Of a stretch of 64,000 bases of DNA, positions 17,156-25,916 are shown piece after piece; the stretch's first letter is position 1, and each line of letters begins with the position of its first letter. Below the pieces are notes generated by a model. The model ran no database searches. It was not told the DNA's origin and worked only from the letters and a program-made list of their open reading frames with translations. Position numbers and translations under genes: made by a program. Origin of the DNA: an uncultured Candidatus Binatia bacterium (lineage in GTDB: Bacteria; Desulfobacterota; Binatia; UBA9968; JAJDTQ01); contig OZ244617.1 of assembly GCA_965218305.1 (NCBI GenBank), positions 395,776 through 459,775 of the forward strand. The letters are read 5' to 3'.

Positions 17156-18901
17156 ATGGCGGAATACGGCTCCGATATAATCGTCGACATGCTCAAGAGC
17201 CTGGGTATCAAATACGCGGCCCTGAACCCCGGGGCGAGCTTTCGGGGCATTCACGATTCGCTGGTGAACTACAACCACAACACCAACCCGGAGATCATCG
17301 TGTGCTGCCACGAGGAGATCGCCGTGTCCGTGGCCCACGGCTACGCCAAGGCTACAGGCGAGCCCATGGCCGCCATCGTGCATGACGTGGTGGGTCTCCA
17401 GCACGCCTCCATGGCCATCTACAATGCCTGGTGCGACAAGGCGCCGGTGCTGGTGCTGGGAGGCACCGGGCCGATGGACACCACCAAGCGGCGGCCCTGG
17501 ATCGACTGGATTCACACGGCGTTGGTGCAGGGCAACTTCGTGCGCGACATCGTCAAGCTGGACGACCAGCCCATGAGCCTCGGCGCCTTGTCCAACTCCA
17601 TCCTGCGGGGCTACCGGGTGGCCATGACCGAGCCCAAGGGGCCGGTCTACCTGTGCTTCGATCTCGACCTGCAGGAGTCCAGGCTGCCGGAGGCCATGGC
17701 CGCCGGGGTGCCGGCGCCGGACCGTTTCCGGCCGCCGGTGGCGCTCCAGGCGGAGCAGGGCGCCATCGAGGAGGCTGCGGCGTGGCTGTGCGGAGCGAAG
17801 AACCCGCTGATCATCGCCGACTACATGGGCCGGAATCCCCAGTCCATGCTCTCGCTGGTGGAGCTGGCGGAGTCGCTCGGGGCGGCGGTGGTGGACCGGG
17901 GCGCGCGCCACAACTTCCCCAACACCCATCCCCTGGACCTGAGCGGAAAGGAGAAGGAGCTGGTGGCCGAGGCCGACGTGATCCTGGGCCTGGACGTCAT
18001 GGACCTCTACGGCGCACTGCACCGGCATGACGCCAAGACCCAGACCTCCACGCCCGCGTTCCAGCCCGGCTGCCGCATCATCAACGTGACGCTGGCGGAC
18101 CTCGCCATCAAGAGCTGGTCCACCGAGCACATGGAGCTGTCGCCCGTGGACCTGCCGATCCTGGCCGACACGAGCGTGTTCGTGCCCGCCCTGACCGAAG
18201 CGGTCCGGCGCCTGGGCGGCCCCGAGCAGGCCGTGAAGGACGACCGCTGCCGGGCGCTGGAGCAGCGCCACCGGGAGATCCGCGAGGAGAGCCAGGCCAT
18301 GCTGCGGAAGCGCTGGGACGAGCGCCCCATCTCGCCGCCGCGCATGTCGCAGGAGATCTGGGAGGTCATCAAGGACGAGGACTGGACCCTGGTGGCCGGC
18401 TCCTTCCGCGGCTGGCCGCGGCGCCTGTGGGACTGGGAGAAGCCCAACGCGTTCCTCGGCGGCTACGGCGGCGGCGGCCTGGGCTATGCCCCCGGAGCGT
18501 CGGTGGGCGCGGCGCTGGGACTCAAGGACACCGGCACCGTGTGCATCGACCTGCAGCGCGACGGTGACCTGCTGTTTACCAACAGCGCGCTGTGGACCGC
18601 CGCCAGCTACAGCGTGCCGCTGCTCATGATCATGACCAACAACCGCACCTACTACAACGACGAGGAGCACCAGGAACGGGTCGCGATGGCGCGCAGCCGC
18701 CCGGTGGAGAACAAGGGCATCGGCATGCGCATGGAAACGCCCCCGGTGGACTTCGCCACCCTGGCCAAGTCATTCGGCGTGTACAGCGAAGGCCCCATCG
18801 AGGATCCGGCGGACATTCAGGCGGCGGTCCGGCGGGCGTTGGCGGTGGTCAAGGAGGAACGCAAGCCGGCGTTGCTGGACGTGATCATTCAGGCGATCTG
18901 A
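17156..18901 (+). CDS. Thiamine-pyrophosphate enzyme (acetolactate synthase large subunit / oxalyl-CoA decarboxylase / sulfoacetaldehyde acetyltransferase family)
   Basis: 581 aa. N-terminal TPP pyrimidine-binding domain (IIVDMLKSLGIKYAALNPGASFRGIHDSL...) and C-terminal GGYGGGGLGYAPGASVGAALG...NNRTYYN diphosphate-binding region. Confidence 0.8.
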   Translation: MAEYGSDIIVDMLKSLGIKYAALNPGASFRGIHDSLVNYNHNTNPEIIVCCHEEIAVSVAHGYAKATGEPMAAIVHDVVGLQHASMAIYNAWCDKAPVLVLGGTGPMDTTKRRPWIDWIHTALVQGNFVRDIVKLDDQPMSLGALSNSILRGYRVAMTEPKGPVYLCFDLDLQESRLPEAMAAGVPAPDRFRPPVALQAEQGAIEEAAAWLCGAKNPLIIADYMGRNPQSMLSLVELAESLGAAVVDRGARHNFPNTHPLDLSGKEKELVAEADVILGLDVMDLYGALHRHDAKTQTSTPAFQPGCRIINVTLADLAIKSWSTEHMELSPVDLPILADTSVFVPALTEAVRRLGGPEQAVKDDRCRALEQRHREIREESQAMLRKRWDERPISPPRMSQEIWEVIKDEDWTLVAGSFRGWPRRLWDWEKPNAFLGGYGGGGLGYAPGASVGAALGLKDTGTVCIDLQRDGDLLFTNSALWTAASYSVPLLMIMTNNRTYYNDEEHQERVAMARSRPVENKGIGMRMETPPVDFATLAKSFGVYSEGPIEDPADIQAAVRRALAVVKEERKPALLDVIIQAI

Positions 18902-18975
18902 TCCGGCCGCGCGACGGTCCGTTGGCGGAGGACCGCAAGTCGGTGACTCCAATGAGGGTATGGTGCTACAATGCC

Positions 18976-19116
18976 TGGACCCCGGCCCCGGACTTGATCC
19001 GGGGCCGGGGTGACGTTCTCGACCCACGGGATGACATTTCTCGACATCCGTCATCCCGGACCGAATCCGGAGTCCTCCGCACCCGCCACCACGGGCTTGA
19101 CCCGGGGTCCGGAGGA
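18976..19116. repeat. REP-like family 1 cluster (13-bp-stem hairpin CCCCGGCCCCGGA-CTTGA-TCCGGGGCCGGGG plus two shorter CTTGA/CCGAA-loop hairpins)
   Basis: 18976-19014, 19050-19075, 19091-19116, in the gap between the TPP-enzyme and D-aminoacylase genes. Confidence 0.75.
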
Positions 19117-19165
19117 GGGGCCGGGGGTCGGGGTCTACATTTCAGTCAGTACAGGAGGTTTCGTC

Positions 19166-20845
19166 ATGGCATACGATATAGTGATTCGCGGCGCGACGAT
19201 CTGTGACGGCTCGGGCAAGCCCCGTTACACCGGGGACGTGGCCGTCGAGGGAGGAACCATCCGGGAGGTAGGCGGCAAGGCCGGCCCCGCCCGCCGCGAG
19301 GTGGACGGCGACGGGCTGGTGGCGGCGCCCGGGTTCGTCGACGGCCACACCCACATGGACGCCCAGTTGCTGTGGGACCCCCAGGTGACCAGCTCCTGCT
19401 ATCACGGCGTCACCAGCATCGTCACGGGCAACTGCGGCCTGAGCCTGGCGCCGTGCAAGCCCGAGGACCGGGATATCCTGCTGCAGACCTTCTCCCACGT
19501 CGAGGGCATGGACATCGGACTCCTGCGGCGCGCGGTGGAATGGAGCTGGACCGACATGGCCGGCTACATGAACGCGGTGGAGGCCATGCGGCCGGCGCTC
19601 AACGTCGGCATGCTGGTGGGCCACTGCCCGTTGCGCCAGTACGTCATGGGGGAAGATGCCATCAAGCGCGCCGCCACCGCGGACGAGGTCGCCGCCATGC
19701 AGGCGCTTTTGCGGGAGGCGCTGAACGCCGGCTTGCTGGGCTTCTCCACCAACCGCAACGAGCGCCACTTCCGCGAGGACGGCGAGCCCCTGCCCAGCCG
19801 GCTGGCGGAGTGGGACGAGCTGGAAGCCCTGGGGCAGGTGCTCGCGGACCTGAAGCGGGGCGTGATCCAGATGAGCTCTGCGTCCCAGAACGCCGCGCGG
19901 GTGGCGTCCCTGGCGGACTTCTCCCTGCGCACCGGCCGTCCGGTGGTGTGGAACGCCATTCTGCACCGCTGGGCCAGGCCCGACGAGTGGCGCGAGCTGC
20001 TGGACGCCACGGTAAAGGGCTTCGAGCGCGGCGCGCAGGCCTGGGCCAACACCAATGTGAGGCCCTTCAACAACCGCTTCAATCTCATCGACGGCCAGGA
20101 GTTCGACGAGTTCCCCGTCTGGCGCGGCCTCATGTTCAGCCCCATCGAGGAGCGCCGGGCGGCGTTCCAGGATCCCGAGGTCCGGAAGAAGCTTCGCTGG
20201 GAGGTGGTGGAGGACTCCGCGCCCGCGGCCTTCCACAGGCGCTGGGAGCTGGTGTACATCGTCAAGCCGGCGACCGAGAAGAACGCCCATCTCAAGGGCG
20301 CCAACGTAGCCGACTACGCCCGCTCCCAGGGCAAGGACGTCTTCGACGCGTTCATGGACCTGTGCCTGGAGGAAGACCTGGCGACCGGTTTTCAGACTGC
20401 CCACACCAACGGGGACGCCGACGCCGTGGGGACCATCGTATCCAGTCCTTACACCGTGCTCGGGCAGTCCGACGCCGGCGCCCACGTGGCCATCGACGCG
20501 GGCTTCGGCTACTGCACCCTGCTGCTGGCCAAGTACGTGCGGGAGCGCGGCGACCTCAGCCTCGAAGAGGGGGTCCGCAAGCTCACCTCCATGCAGGCCG
20601 ACATCTGCGGCATCACCGACCGTGGCCGGCTCGAGCCCGGCATGGCCGCCGACGTGGTGGTGTTCGACGCCGCCACCGTGGGGCCGCGGGAACCCGAGCT
20701 CATGCACGACTTCCCCGGCGGTGCCGCCCGCCTGGTCCAGCACGCCGACGGCATCCACACCGTCCTCGTCAACGGCCAGGTGGCATTGGAGGATGGCGCC
20801 CCCACCGGCGAGCGCTCGGGGAAGGTGCTGCGGAACGGGGTGTGA
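19166..20845 (+). CDS. D-aminoacylase / N-acyl-D-amino-acid deacylase family amidohydrolase
   Basis: MAYDIVIRGATICDGSGKPRYTGDVAVEGGTIREVG...APGFVDGHTHMDAQ. ATG at 19166 preceded by AGGAGG. The track ORF starts earlier at 19010. Confidence 0.8.
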   Translation: MAYDIVIRGATICDGSGKPRYTGDVAVEGGTIREVGGKAGPARREVDGDGLVAAPGFVDGHTHMDAQLLWDPQVTSSCYHGVTSIVTGNCGLSLAPCKPEDRDILLQTFSHVEGMDIGLLRRAVEWSWTDMAGYMNAVEAMRPALNVGMLVGHCPLRQYVMGEDAIKRAATADEVAAMQALLREALNAGLLGFSTNRNERHFREDGEPLPSRLAEWDELEALGQVLADLKRGVIQMSSASQNAARVASLADFSLRTGRPVVWNAILHRWARPDEWRELLDATVKGFERGAQAWANTNVRPFNNRFNLIDGQEFDEFPVWRGLMFSPIEERRAAFQDPEVRKKLRWEVVEDSAPAAFHRRWELVYIVKPATEKNAHLKGANVADYARSQGKDVFDAFMDLCLEEDLATGFQTAHTNGDADAVGTIVSSPYTVLGQSDAGAHVAIDAGFGYCTLLLAKYVRERGDLSLEEGVRKLTSMQADICGITDRGRLEPGMAADVVVFDAATVGPREPELMHDFPGGAARLVQHADGIHTVLVNGQVALEDGAPTGERSGKVLRNGV

Positions 20846-20899
20846 GGGAGAGCCGCCCCTGTCCGCATCGCTTGGCTATTCGACACGGTGGTCTGACCA

Positions 20900-20928
20900 T
20901 TGACTTAGTCATAGCCTTAGTCTAACTT
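20900..20928 (+). promoter_or_regulatory. sigma70-like promoter with TTAGTC direct repeats (candidate operator) for the phd-vapC operon
   Basis: TTGACT (20900-20905), 17-nt spacer TAGTCATAGCCTTAGTC, TAACTT (20923-20928). Local AT-rich patch. The ATG of the antitoxin is at 20938. Confidence 0.4.
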
Positions 20929-20937
20929 GGCGCCATC

Positions 20938-21171
20938 ATGCCTGAAGTAAGCGTCCATGAAGCGAAGACCCATCTATCCCGGCTGTTGCGCGAGATCGCG
21001 GCGGGAGAAGACGTCGTCATTACACGGTCGGGCCAGCCGGTGGCGCGCCTTGTGCTGATAGGCCCAGGGCGGCGCACCTTCGGCCACGACCGGGGACGTT
21101 TCGTCGTGCCTGACGACTTTGATGCCCCACTGGACGAGGAGTTGCTGCGAGCCTTCGAAGGGCGGAAGTGA
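20938..21171 (+). CDS. Phd/YefM-family antitoxin
   Basis: 77 aa. MPEVSVHEAKTHLSRLLREIAAGEDVVITRSGQPVARLV is the Phd/YefM signature. Confidence 0.8.
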   Translation: MPEVSVHEAKTHLSRLLREIAAGEDVVITRSGQPVARLVLIGPGRRTFGHDRGRFVVPDDFDAPLDEELLRAFEGRK

Positions 21172-21566
21172 GGTATCTCCTCGATACCCACTGCTGGCTC
21201 TGGTTGCAGACCGAGCCCGAACGGATGGCGCCAAGTCTGCTGGAGACGATAGCGGTTCGATCATCCGAAATCTATCTCTCGGCGGCGAGCGCCTGGGAGC
21301 TCGCGATCAAGTACGAGGCCGGCCGGCTTCCGCTTCCGGACCCACCGGCGGTCTATGTCGCGGAGAGCATGAGACGGAGCGGCGCGACCGGCCTACCGAT
21401 CTCCCATTTCCACGCGCTGGCCGCAGCAGCCTTGCCGCCGCACCATCGTGACCCGTTCGACCGTGTCCTGGTAGCTCAGGCCCAGGTGGAAGGGTTGACG
21501 CTGGTGACTGCGGACCCGGTGCTTGAATCCTACGACGTTGCCATTGTCCGCGCGCGTGCGGTATAG
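21168..21566 (+). CDS. vapC: PIN-domain toxin VapC
   Basis: 132 aa. MRYLLDTHCWLW... (conserved Asp-Thr), later DPFDRVLVAQA. GTG start overlapping the antitoxin stop. Confidence 0.8.
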   Translation: MRYLLDTHCWLWLQTEPERMAPSLLETIAVRSSEIYLSAASAWELAIKYEAGRLPLPDPPAVYVAESMRRSGATGLPISHFHALAAAALPPHHRDPFDRVLVAQAQVEGLTLVTADPVLESYDVAIVRARAV

Positions 21567-21652
21567 GCGAGGGGCTGTATCCCTGTAGTGACAGACGTGA
21601 CTGCGGAACTGGCGCTCAGTAGGCCAAAGATGCCGCAGTGGCTCCGTAGCGG

Positions 21653-22039
21653 TTACAATTCGAATATCGGCACTTCCATGGCGCGGGCGACATCCGTCAT
21701 CCGTCCGTCGTAGCTGGCCAGCGCGATCTTCTGGCCTTGGCTACGCAAGTATGCACATGATGCCAGATGCAGCGCGTCGAGTGTGCGTACGGGTAGAGGA
21801 AATGCTTCCAGGGCGCGTGCCAGCACTGGGGGCGAAAGCTCCAGCATGGCGATTCGCCCGGTGAGTCCGCGGGCCGCATCGCCATGGGAGTGGGCGAGGT
21901 TCCGGGCGTGCAGGCGGGTCCAGATTTCGTACTCCAGCAGCCGGCTCGCCACCAGGGTTTCGTTCCACAGCAACGCAGGGGGACGCCGGTCTTCGGCCAG
22001 GAGTTGGGCGAGCGCGACGGAGGTATCGACGTAGATCAC
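21653..22039 (-). CDS. vapC: PIN-domain toxin VapC (second pair)
   Basis: 128 aa. MIYVDTSVALAQLL... and C-terminal ASYDGRMTDVA, the typical VapC layout. Overlaps the upstream antitoxin by 4 nt. Confidence 0.75.
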   Translation of the reverse strand: MIYVDTSVALAQLLAEDRRPPALLWNETLVASRLLEYEIWTRLHARNLAHSHGDAARGLTGRIAMLELSPPVLARALEAFPLPVRTLDALHLASCAYLRSQGQKIALASYDGRMTDVARAMEVPIFEL

Positions 22040-22338
22040 CGTTCGCTTCTGTCCTCGTCCAGCTCGCCGAGAAGGTCGCTAAGCAGTGCCACGGGTTTGG
22101 ATGGAGGAGGTTCTCCGGTGGCCGGCAGCACCGGGGGTGTCAACCAACCGGCACGTACCGCCTCCGCCAGCAGGGCGTCGGCGAGAAACGGGCTCCTCGT
22201 CTCTCTCGGAGGGCCGATTTCCGCTACCACGCGATCCCGGTCCGTTACCAAGACGGTTTCGCCGGATGCCGCCAGCCGGATGTATTCGCTCAGCCGGTTG
22301 TTGAGTGTTTTGATTCCCACCGATCGCATGGTTGACAA
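22036..22338 (-). CDS. Type II antitoxin (Phd/YefM or VapB-like) paired with VapC
   Basis: 100 aa. MRSVGIKTLNNRLSEYIRLAASGETVLVTDRDRVVAEI. Confidence 0.65.
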   Translation of the reverse strand: MSTMRSVGIKTLNNRLSEYIRLAASGETVLVTDRDRVVAEIGPPRETRSPFLADALLAEAVRAGWLTPPVLPATGEPPPSKPVALLSDLLGELDEDRSER

Positions 22339-22404
22339 GGTAGCAACTAGTGGCTACCTTATCAACCCCATCTCCTGGTGCGATCGGCAGGAAACGGGTT
22401 CACC

Positions 22405-23379
22405 CTACTTCATCTTCAGGGTCTTCTTCATTGCGGGCGTGTACTTCCGGTAGAGCGCCCCGAGGTCCGCAATGTCCTGGTTGGCGCGCTTGGTGCCGCC
22501 CGGGTCCAGCACCAGCCCCGACTTCTTGATGAACGCGTTGTACTCATCGTCGTTCATGGCCTTCAGCAGCAACGTTTCCAGGCTCTTCACCACCTTGGCC
22601 GGGGTTCCCGGCGGGGCCGCTATGTGGCGGGCTGAAGACACCGTGATGTTGTAACCCGCCTCGATGGCGGTGCGGACATCGGGCGCGTTGATGGCTCGCT
22701 TGGGTCCCAGGGTCAGGAGCGGCCGGATTTCGCCCGTTTTCAGGTACGGCACCACGGAGGGATGGTCGATGGGCTGGAGAAAGACATCGTAGTCGCCGCG
22801 CAGCAACCCCGGAAGGTTCTCGCCGGTGCCGCGGTAGCCGGACACGACTTGGAAGTTGATGCCCAACTCGGCCGCCGCGATGAAGGCGTCGACCCAGCGT
22901 CCAACGCCGATGGCCTCGAGCCCCCAAGTCACGCGTTTTGACTTCTGCAACTCCTTCAGCGACCTGTACTTGGAGTCCTTGCGCATGAGCAGGGCGTAGG
23001 GCTCGCCGCCTACCCGCGCCACCCAGGTGAACTTCTCGTAGTCGTAGCCCACATTCTCGACGCCCCTGAGGAAGGGCACGGGCATCATGCCGCCGTGCAG
23101 TTGTCCGATGGTGTAGCCGTCGGGTTTGGAGCGGTACAGATAGACGGTGCCGGTAATGCCGCCGGCGCCGGTGACGTTCTTGACGATCATCTTGACGCCC
23201 TTGGGCAGATACTTCCCGCCGAAGCGGGAGATGGCCCGGGAAATGGTGTCGAAGCCCCCGCCCGGCGAGAAGGTCACAACGCTGTTGATGTTCTTCTCCG
23301 GGAACTCCGCGTGGGCCGCGGTGCCGAGCAGCATCAGTGCCGCAAAACCGATCATCACGACGCGTAGCGAATGAGTCAT
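22405..23379 (-). CDS. Bug/TctC-family periplasmic solute-binding protein (second copy)
   Basis: Internal ATG at 23379 (MTHSLRVVMIGFAALMLLGTAAHA signal peptide) preceded by GGAGGTG. TctC pattern (FSPGGGFDTISR, GAGGITG). The track ORF extends to 23583. Confidence 0.8.
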   Translation of the reverse strand: MTHSLRVVMIGFAALMLLGTAAHAEFPEKNINSVVTFSPGGGFDTISRAISRFGGKYLPKGVKMIVKNVTGAGGITGTVYLYRSKPDGYTIGQLHGGMMPVPFLRGVENVGYDYEKFTWVARVGGEPYALLMRKDSKYRSLKELQKSKRVTWGLEAIGVGRWVDAFIAAAELGINFQVVSGYRGTGENLPGLLRGDYDVFLQPIDHPSVVPYLKTGEIRPLLTLGPKRAINAPDVRTAIEAGYNITVSSARHIAAPPGTPAKVVKSLETLLLKAMNDDEYNAFIKKSGLVLDPGGTKRANQDIADLGALYRKYTPAMKKTLKMK

Positions 23380-23655
23380 GGGTACACCTCCGTGAAAGAC
23401 GATAGCCGCCGGTTCTTCGGGCGCGGAGAAGCATGCCCGCGCTGTTTCAGGGCCGCCATGTTTATTCAGATGGGGGTCGTGTGTCAAGCCGAACGTGCCC
23501 GGGTCGAACCCTGGTGTTGACAACGGAGCGCCGCTGGCCGTAGAGTCGGCTGGCGCGTTCAGCAGACGGATGCGCCGTGACACGTGACCGGTAACGACGC
23601 CGTGTATGGCTCCCCGCCGGGCGTTTCAGAAACCAAACTAATCGAGGAGGAAACC

Positions 23656-24681
23656 ATGGCCAGAGATGTCGAAGTCATCGATGCGGATGGGCACATCACC
23701 GAGAGCGACGAGCAGCTCAAGCAGTACATGGAGACGCCCTGGGTGGATCGGACCGCGACCCTCTACCCGATCGACAACTGGGACCGTTCAATCGGAGGGA
23801 CCCTGGGGACGACGGCGGGTGACGCGAAGACCTGGCTCAACGCCATGGACGAGGGTGGGCTCACCACGGCCTACCTCTATCCGACGGGGGGTCTGGGCAT
23901 CGGCTGGATCCGCGAACCCGATCTCTCGGTAGCCTTGTGCAAGGCCTGGAACGATTTCGTTTCCGAGGAGTTCCAGAAGGTCAACCCCCGGCTCAAGGGG
24001 GTGGCGCTGGTGCCGTTCCAGGACGTGCCCGAGGCGGTCAAGGAGCTGCGCCGGTCGGTCCAGGAGCTCAAGCTCACCGGACTCATGCTGCCGGCCGTCG
24101 GGCTGCGTTTGCCGCTGGGGCATCAGGACTACTGGCCCATCTACGAGGAGGCGGAGAAGCTCAACTGCATGGTGGGCGTGCACGCCACCGTGCGGGGGCC
24201 GCAGTACTTCGGCGCGGACGGGTTCGACCAGTTCATCGAGGTCCACACCCTGTCCCACGCCTTCGCCCAGATGATGCAGATGACCAGCATGATCTTCCGG
24301 GGCGTGATGGACCGGTTTCCGAACCTCCGGGTAGCCTTCATGGAGGCGGGCTGTTCATGGGCGCCCTACTGGGCCGGACGCATGGACGAGGAATGGGAGA
24401 AGCGCGGTCCGGCCGAGGCGCCGCTGTGCAAGAAGAAACCCAGCGAGTACGTGCGCAGCGGCAACGTCTACTTCCACGCCGAGGACTATGAGCCCTTCAT
24501 CGGCGAGACGGCGAAGTTCCTGAGCCCGGACGTGCTTTACTACGCGTCCGACTATCCGCACTGGGACATGGAGTTCCCGGAAAACATCGACCACCTCGGC
24601 AGGCGCGAGGACCTGTCCCCCGAGGAGAAGCAATGGCTTCTGGCGGACTCGGCCAAGCGGCTGTACGGTGTGACGAGCTAG
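23656..24681 (+). CDS. Amidohydrolase_2 family (LigW/ACMSD-like)
   Basis: MARDVEVIDADGHITES...; ATG at 23656 after GAGGAGG. Paralogous to 6395..7759, 50694..51791 and 59403..60644. Confidence 0.8.
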   Translation: MARDVEVIDADGHITESDEQLKQYMETPWVDRTATLYPIDNWDRSIGGTLGTTAGDAKTWLNAMDEGGLTTAYLYPTGGLGIGWIREPDLSVALCKAWNDFVSEEFQKVNPRLKGVALVPFQDVPEAVKELRRSVQELKLTGLMLPAVGLRLPLGHQDYWPIYEEAEKLNCMVGVHATVRGPQYFGADGFDQFIEVHTLSHAFAQMMQMTSMIFRGVMDRFPNLRVAFMEAGCSWAPYWAGRMDEEWEKRGPAEAPLCKKKPSEYVRSGNVYFHAEDYEPFIGETAKFLSPDVLYYASDYPHWDMEFPENIDHLGRREDLSPEEKQWLLADSAKRLYGVTS

Positions 24682-24698
24682 GAACTCCGTCCGAGTGA

Positions 24699-24779
24699 CC
24701 CGTAGGTCGGATTAGCGAAGCGTAATCCGACACGTTGTACCGTGTCGGGTTACGCCTTTCGGCTAACCCGACCTACGGG
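24699..24779. repeat. REP-like family 2 inverted pair
   Basis: GTAGGTCGGATTAGCGAAGCGTAATCCGACAC (24703-24734) and its variant in reverse (24742-24776). Same architecture as 11988-12067. Confidence 0.8.
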
Positions 24780-24832
24780 ACAACCGATTCTGATCTCCAA
24801 GGATTCCGGCCCCGTATCCGGCCGGGGTCGCC

Positions 24833-25771
24833 TCAGAATTCCGAAATCTCCCGCAGCCGCAGCTTCTTCCGCAAGGCCTGCTGCAGGACATACGCACCCA
24901 CCGCCAAGTCCTCGTCCGGGATGCCGTTGGACTGGAACAGGATCTTGCGGGGCTGACCCTGCGGGCCTTCCGCCACGATGGCCTCCAGCGGCACCACGTC
25001 CCGCCAGCGTAACCGCCTGCCGGCGCAGGCATCGATCAAGTCGCCGCTGTCGGTCTGCGCGGTAGCGACGTCGTCGGTGACCACCAGGTCCATGGACTTG
25101 ACGAGCCTTCCCGACACCTCGTGTTTCACCGCCTGATTCGCGCCGATGGTGGCCACGAGAACGTCGTCCTTGAGCCGGCGGCCGTTGACGATGGGCGTGG
25201 TGGAGTCGGTGGATATGACCAGGATGTCCGACTCGCTCTCGACCTCGTCGACGGAGCCGGCGACCCTGAAGGGCGTGCGCACCACCTTGCTCATGGTTTC
25301 GATGAAGCCTTGGCGCCGCTCGGCGTTTCGGCCGAACACCAGCACCTGCTTCGGCCGGCAGGCCTTGACCACGGCTTCCACCTGGAACGTGCCCTGCCAC
25401 CCGGGACCGATGAGACCCAGCACCGACGGCTTGGGAGGAGCGAGATACTTGGCCGCGACCCCGGTGGCCGCGCCGGTGCGCAGGCTGCTGAGATAGGCGG
25501 CGCTCATGATGGCCTTGAGGCCGCCGGAACCGCCGTCGTACAGGCTTATGGTATTGGCCTTGGCGACATAGCTTCGTAGCGCAATCAGGTCCGAGGCTTG
25601 GTGCCACGCCGCCATAACGTTGAGCTGCCTGGCGCTCCCCTTGAGCCGGCGGCGCGGCACGTTCCGCATCTTCCCTGCGGCCCGGTCCTGAAACATCCTG
25701 TCGAGGAGCCGGATGCACGTCGTCATGTCGACAAGCTCCCGGGTCTGCTTTGCGCTGATGATCAGGGCCAT
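24833..25771 (-). CDS. Ornithine cyclodeaminase / mu-crystallin family protein
   Basis: MALIISAKQTRELVDMTTCIRLL... Rossmann GLIGPGWQG. Internal ATG at 25771. The upstream in-frame extension (IPGLTRDPE) is translated from a family-1 repeat. Confidence 0.75.
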   Translation of the reverse strand: MALIISAKQTRELVDMTTCIRLLDRMFQDRAAGKMRNVPRRRLKGSARQLNVMAAWHQASDLIALRSYVAKANTISLYDGGSGGLKAIMSAAYLSSLRTGAATGVAAKYLAPPKPSVLGLIGPGWQGTFQVEAVVKACRPKQVLVFGRNAERRQGFIETMSKVVRTPFRVAGSVDEVESESDILVISTDSTTPIVNGRRLKDDVLVATIGANQAVKHEVSGRLVKSMDLVVTDDVATAQTDSGDLIDACAGRRLRWRDVVPLEAIVAEGPQGQPRKILFQSNGIPDEDLAVGAYVLQQALRKKLRLREISEF

Positions 25772-25809
25772 GTGGACTCCTTTCTTGCCTGCCTGATTCG
25801 ATTCCAGTT

Positions 25810-25839
25810 CTGGATCCCGGGTCAAGCCCGGGATGACGG
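25810..25839. repeat. REP-like family 1 copy (TCCCGGG-TCAAG-CCCGGGA hairpin + GATGACGG)
   Basis: ctggatcccgggtcaagcccgggatgacgg between the GH15 and ornithine cyclodeaminase genes. Confidence 0.75.
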
Positions 25840-25916
25840 GTGCGGGAAGATGTGCCGGCCTCACCACGACGGTTTCGCCTCGGGCGCACTCTGCGTGGCC
25901 CAAGCCTTACGCGCGG

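Noticed and set aside
23488-23522. tRNA-like T-arm sequence (cccgggtcgaaccctgg)
   Set aside because: The consensus GTTCGA T-loop is missing, there is no acceptor or anticodon stem context, and it lies in the tctC promoter region. No tRNA is called anywhere in the window.
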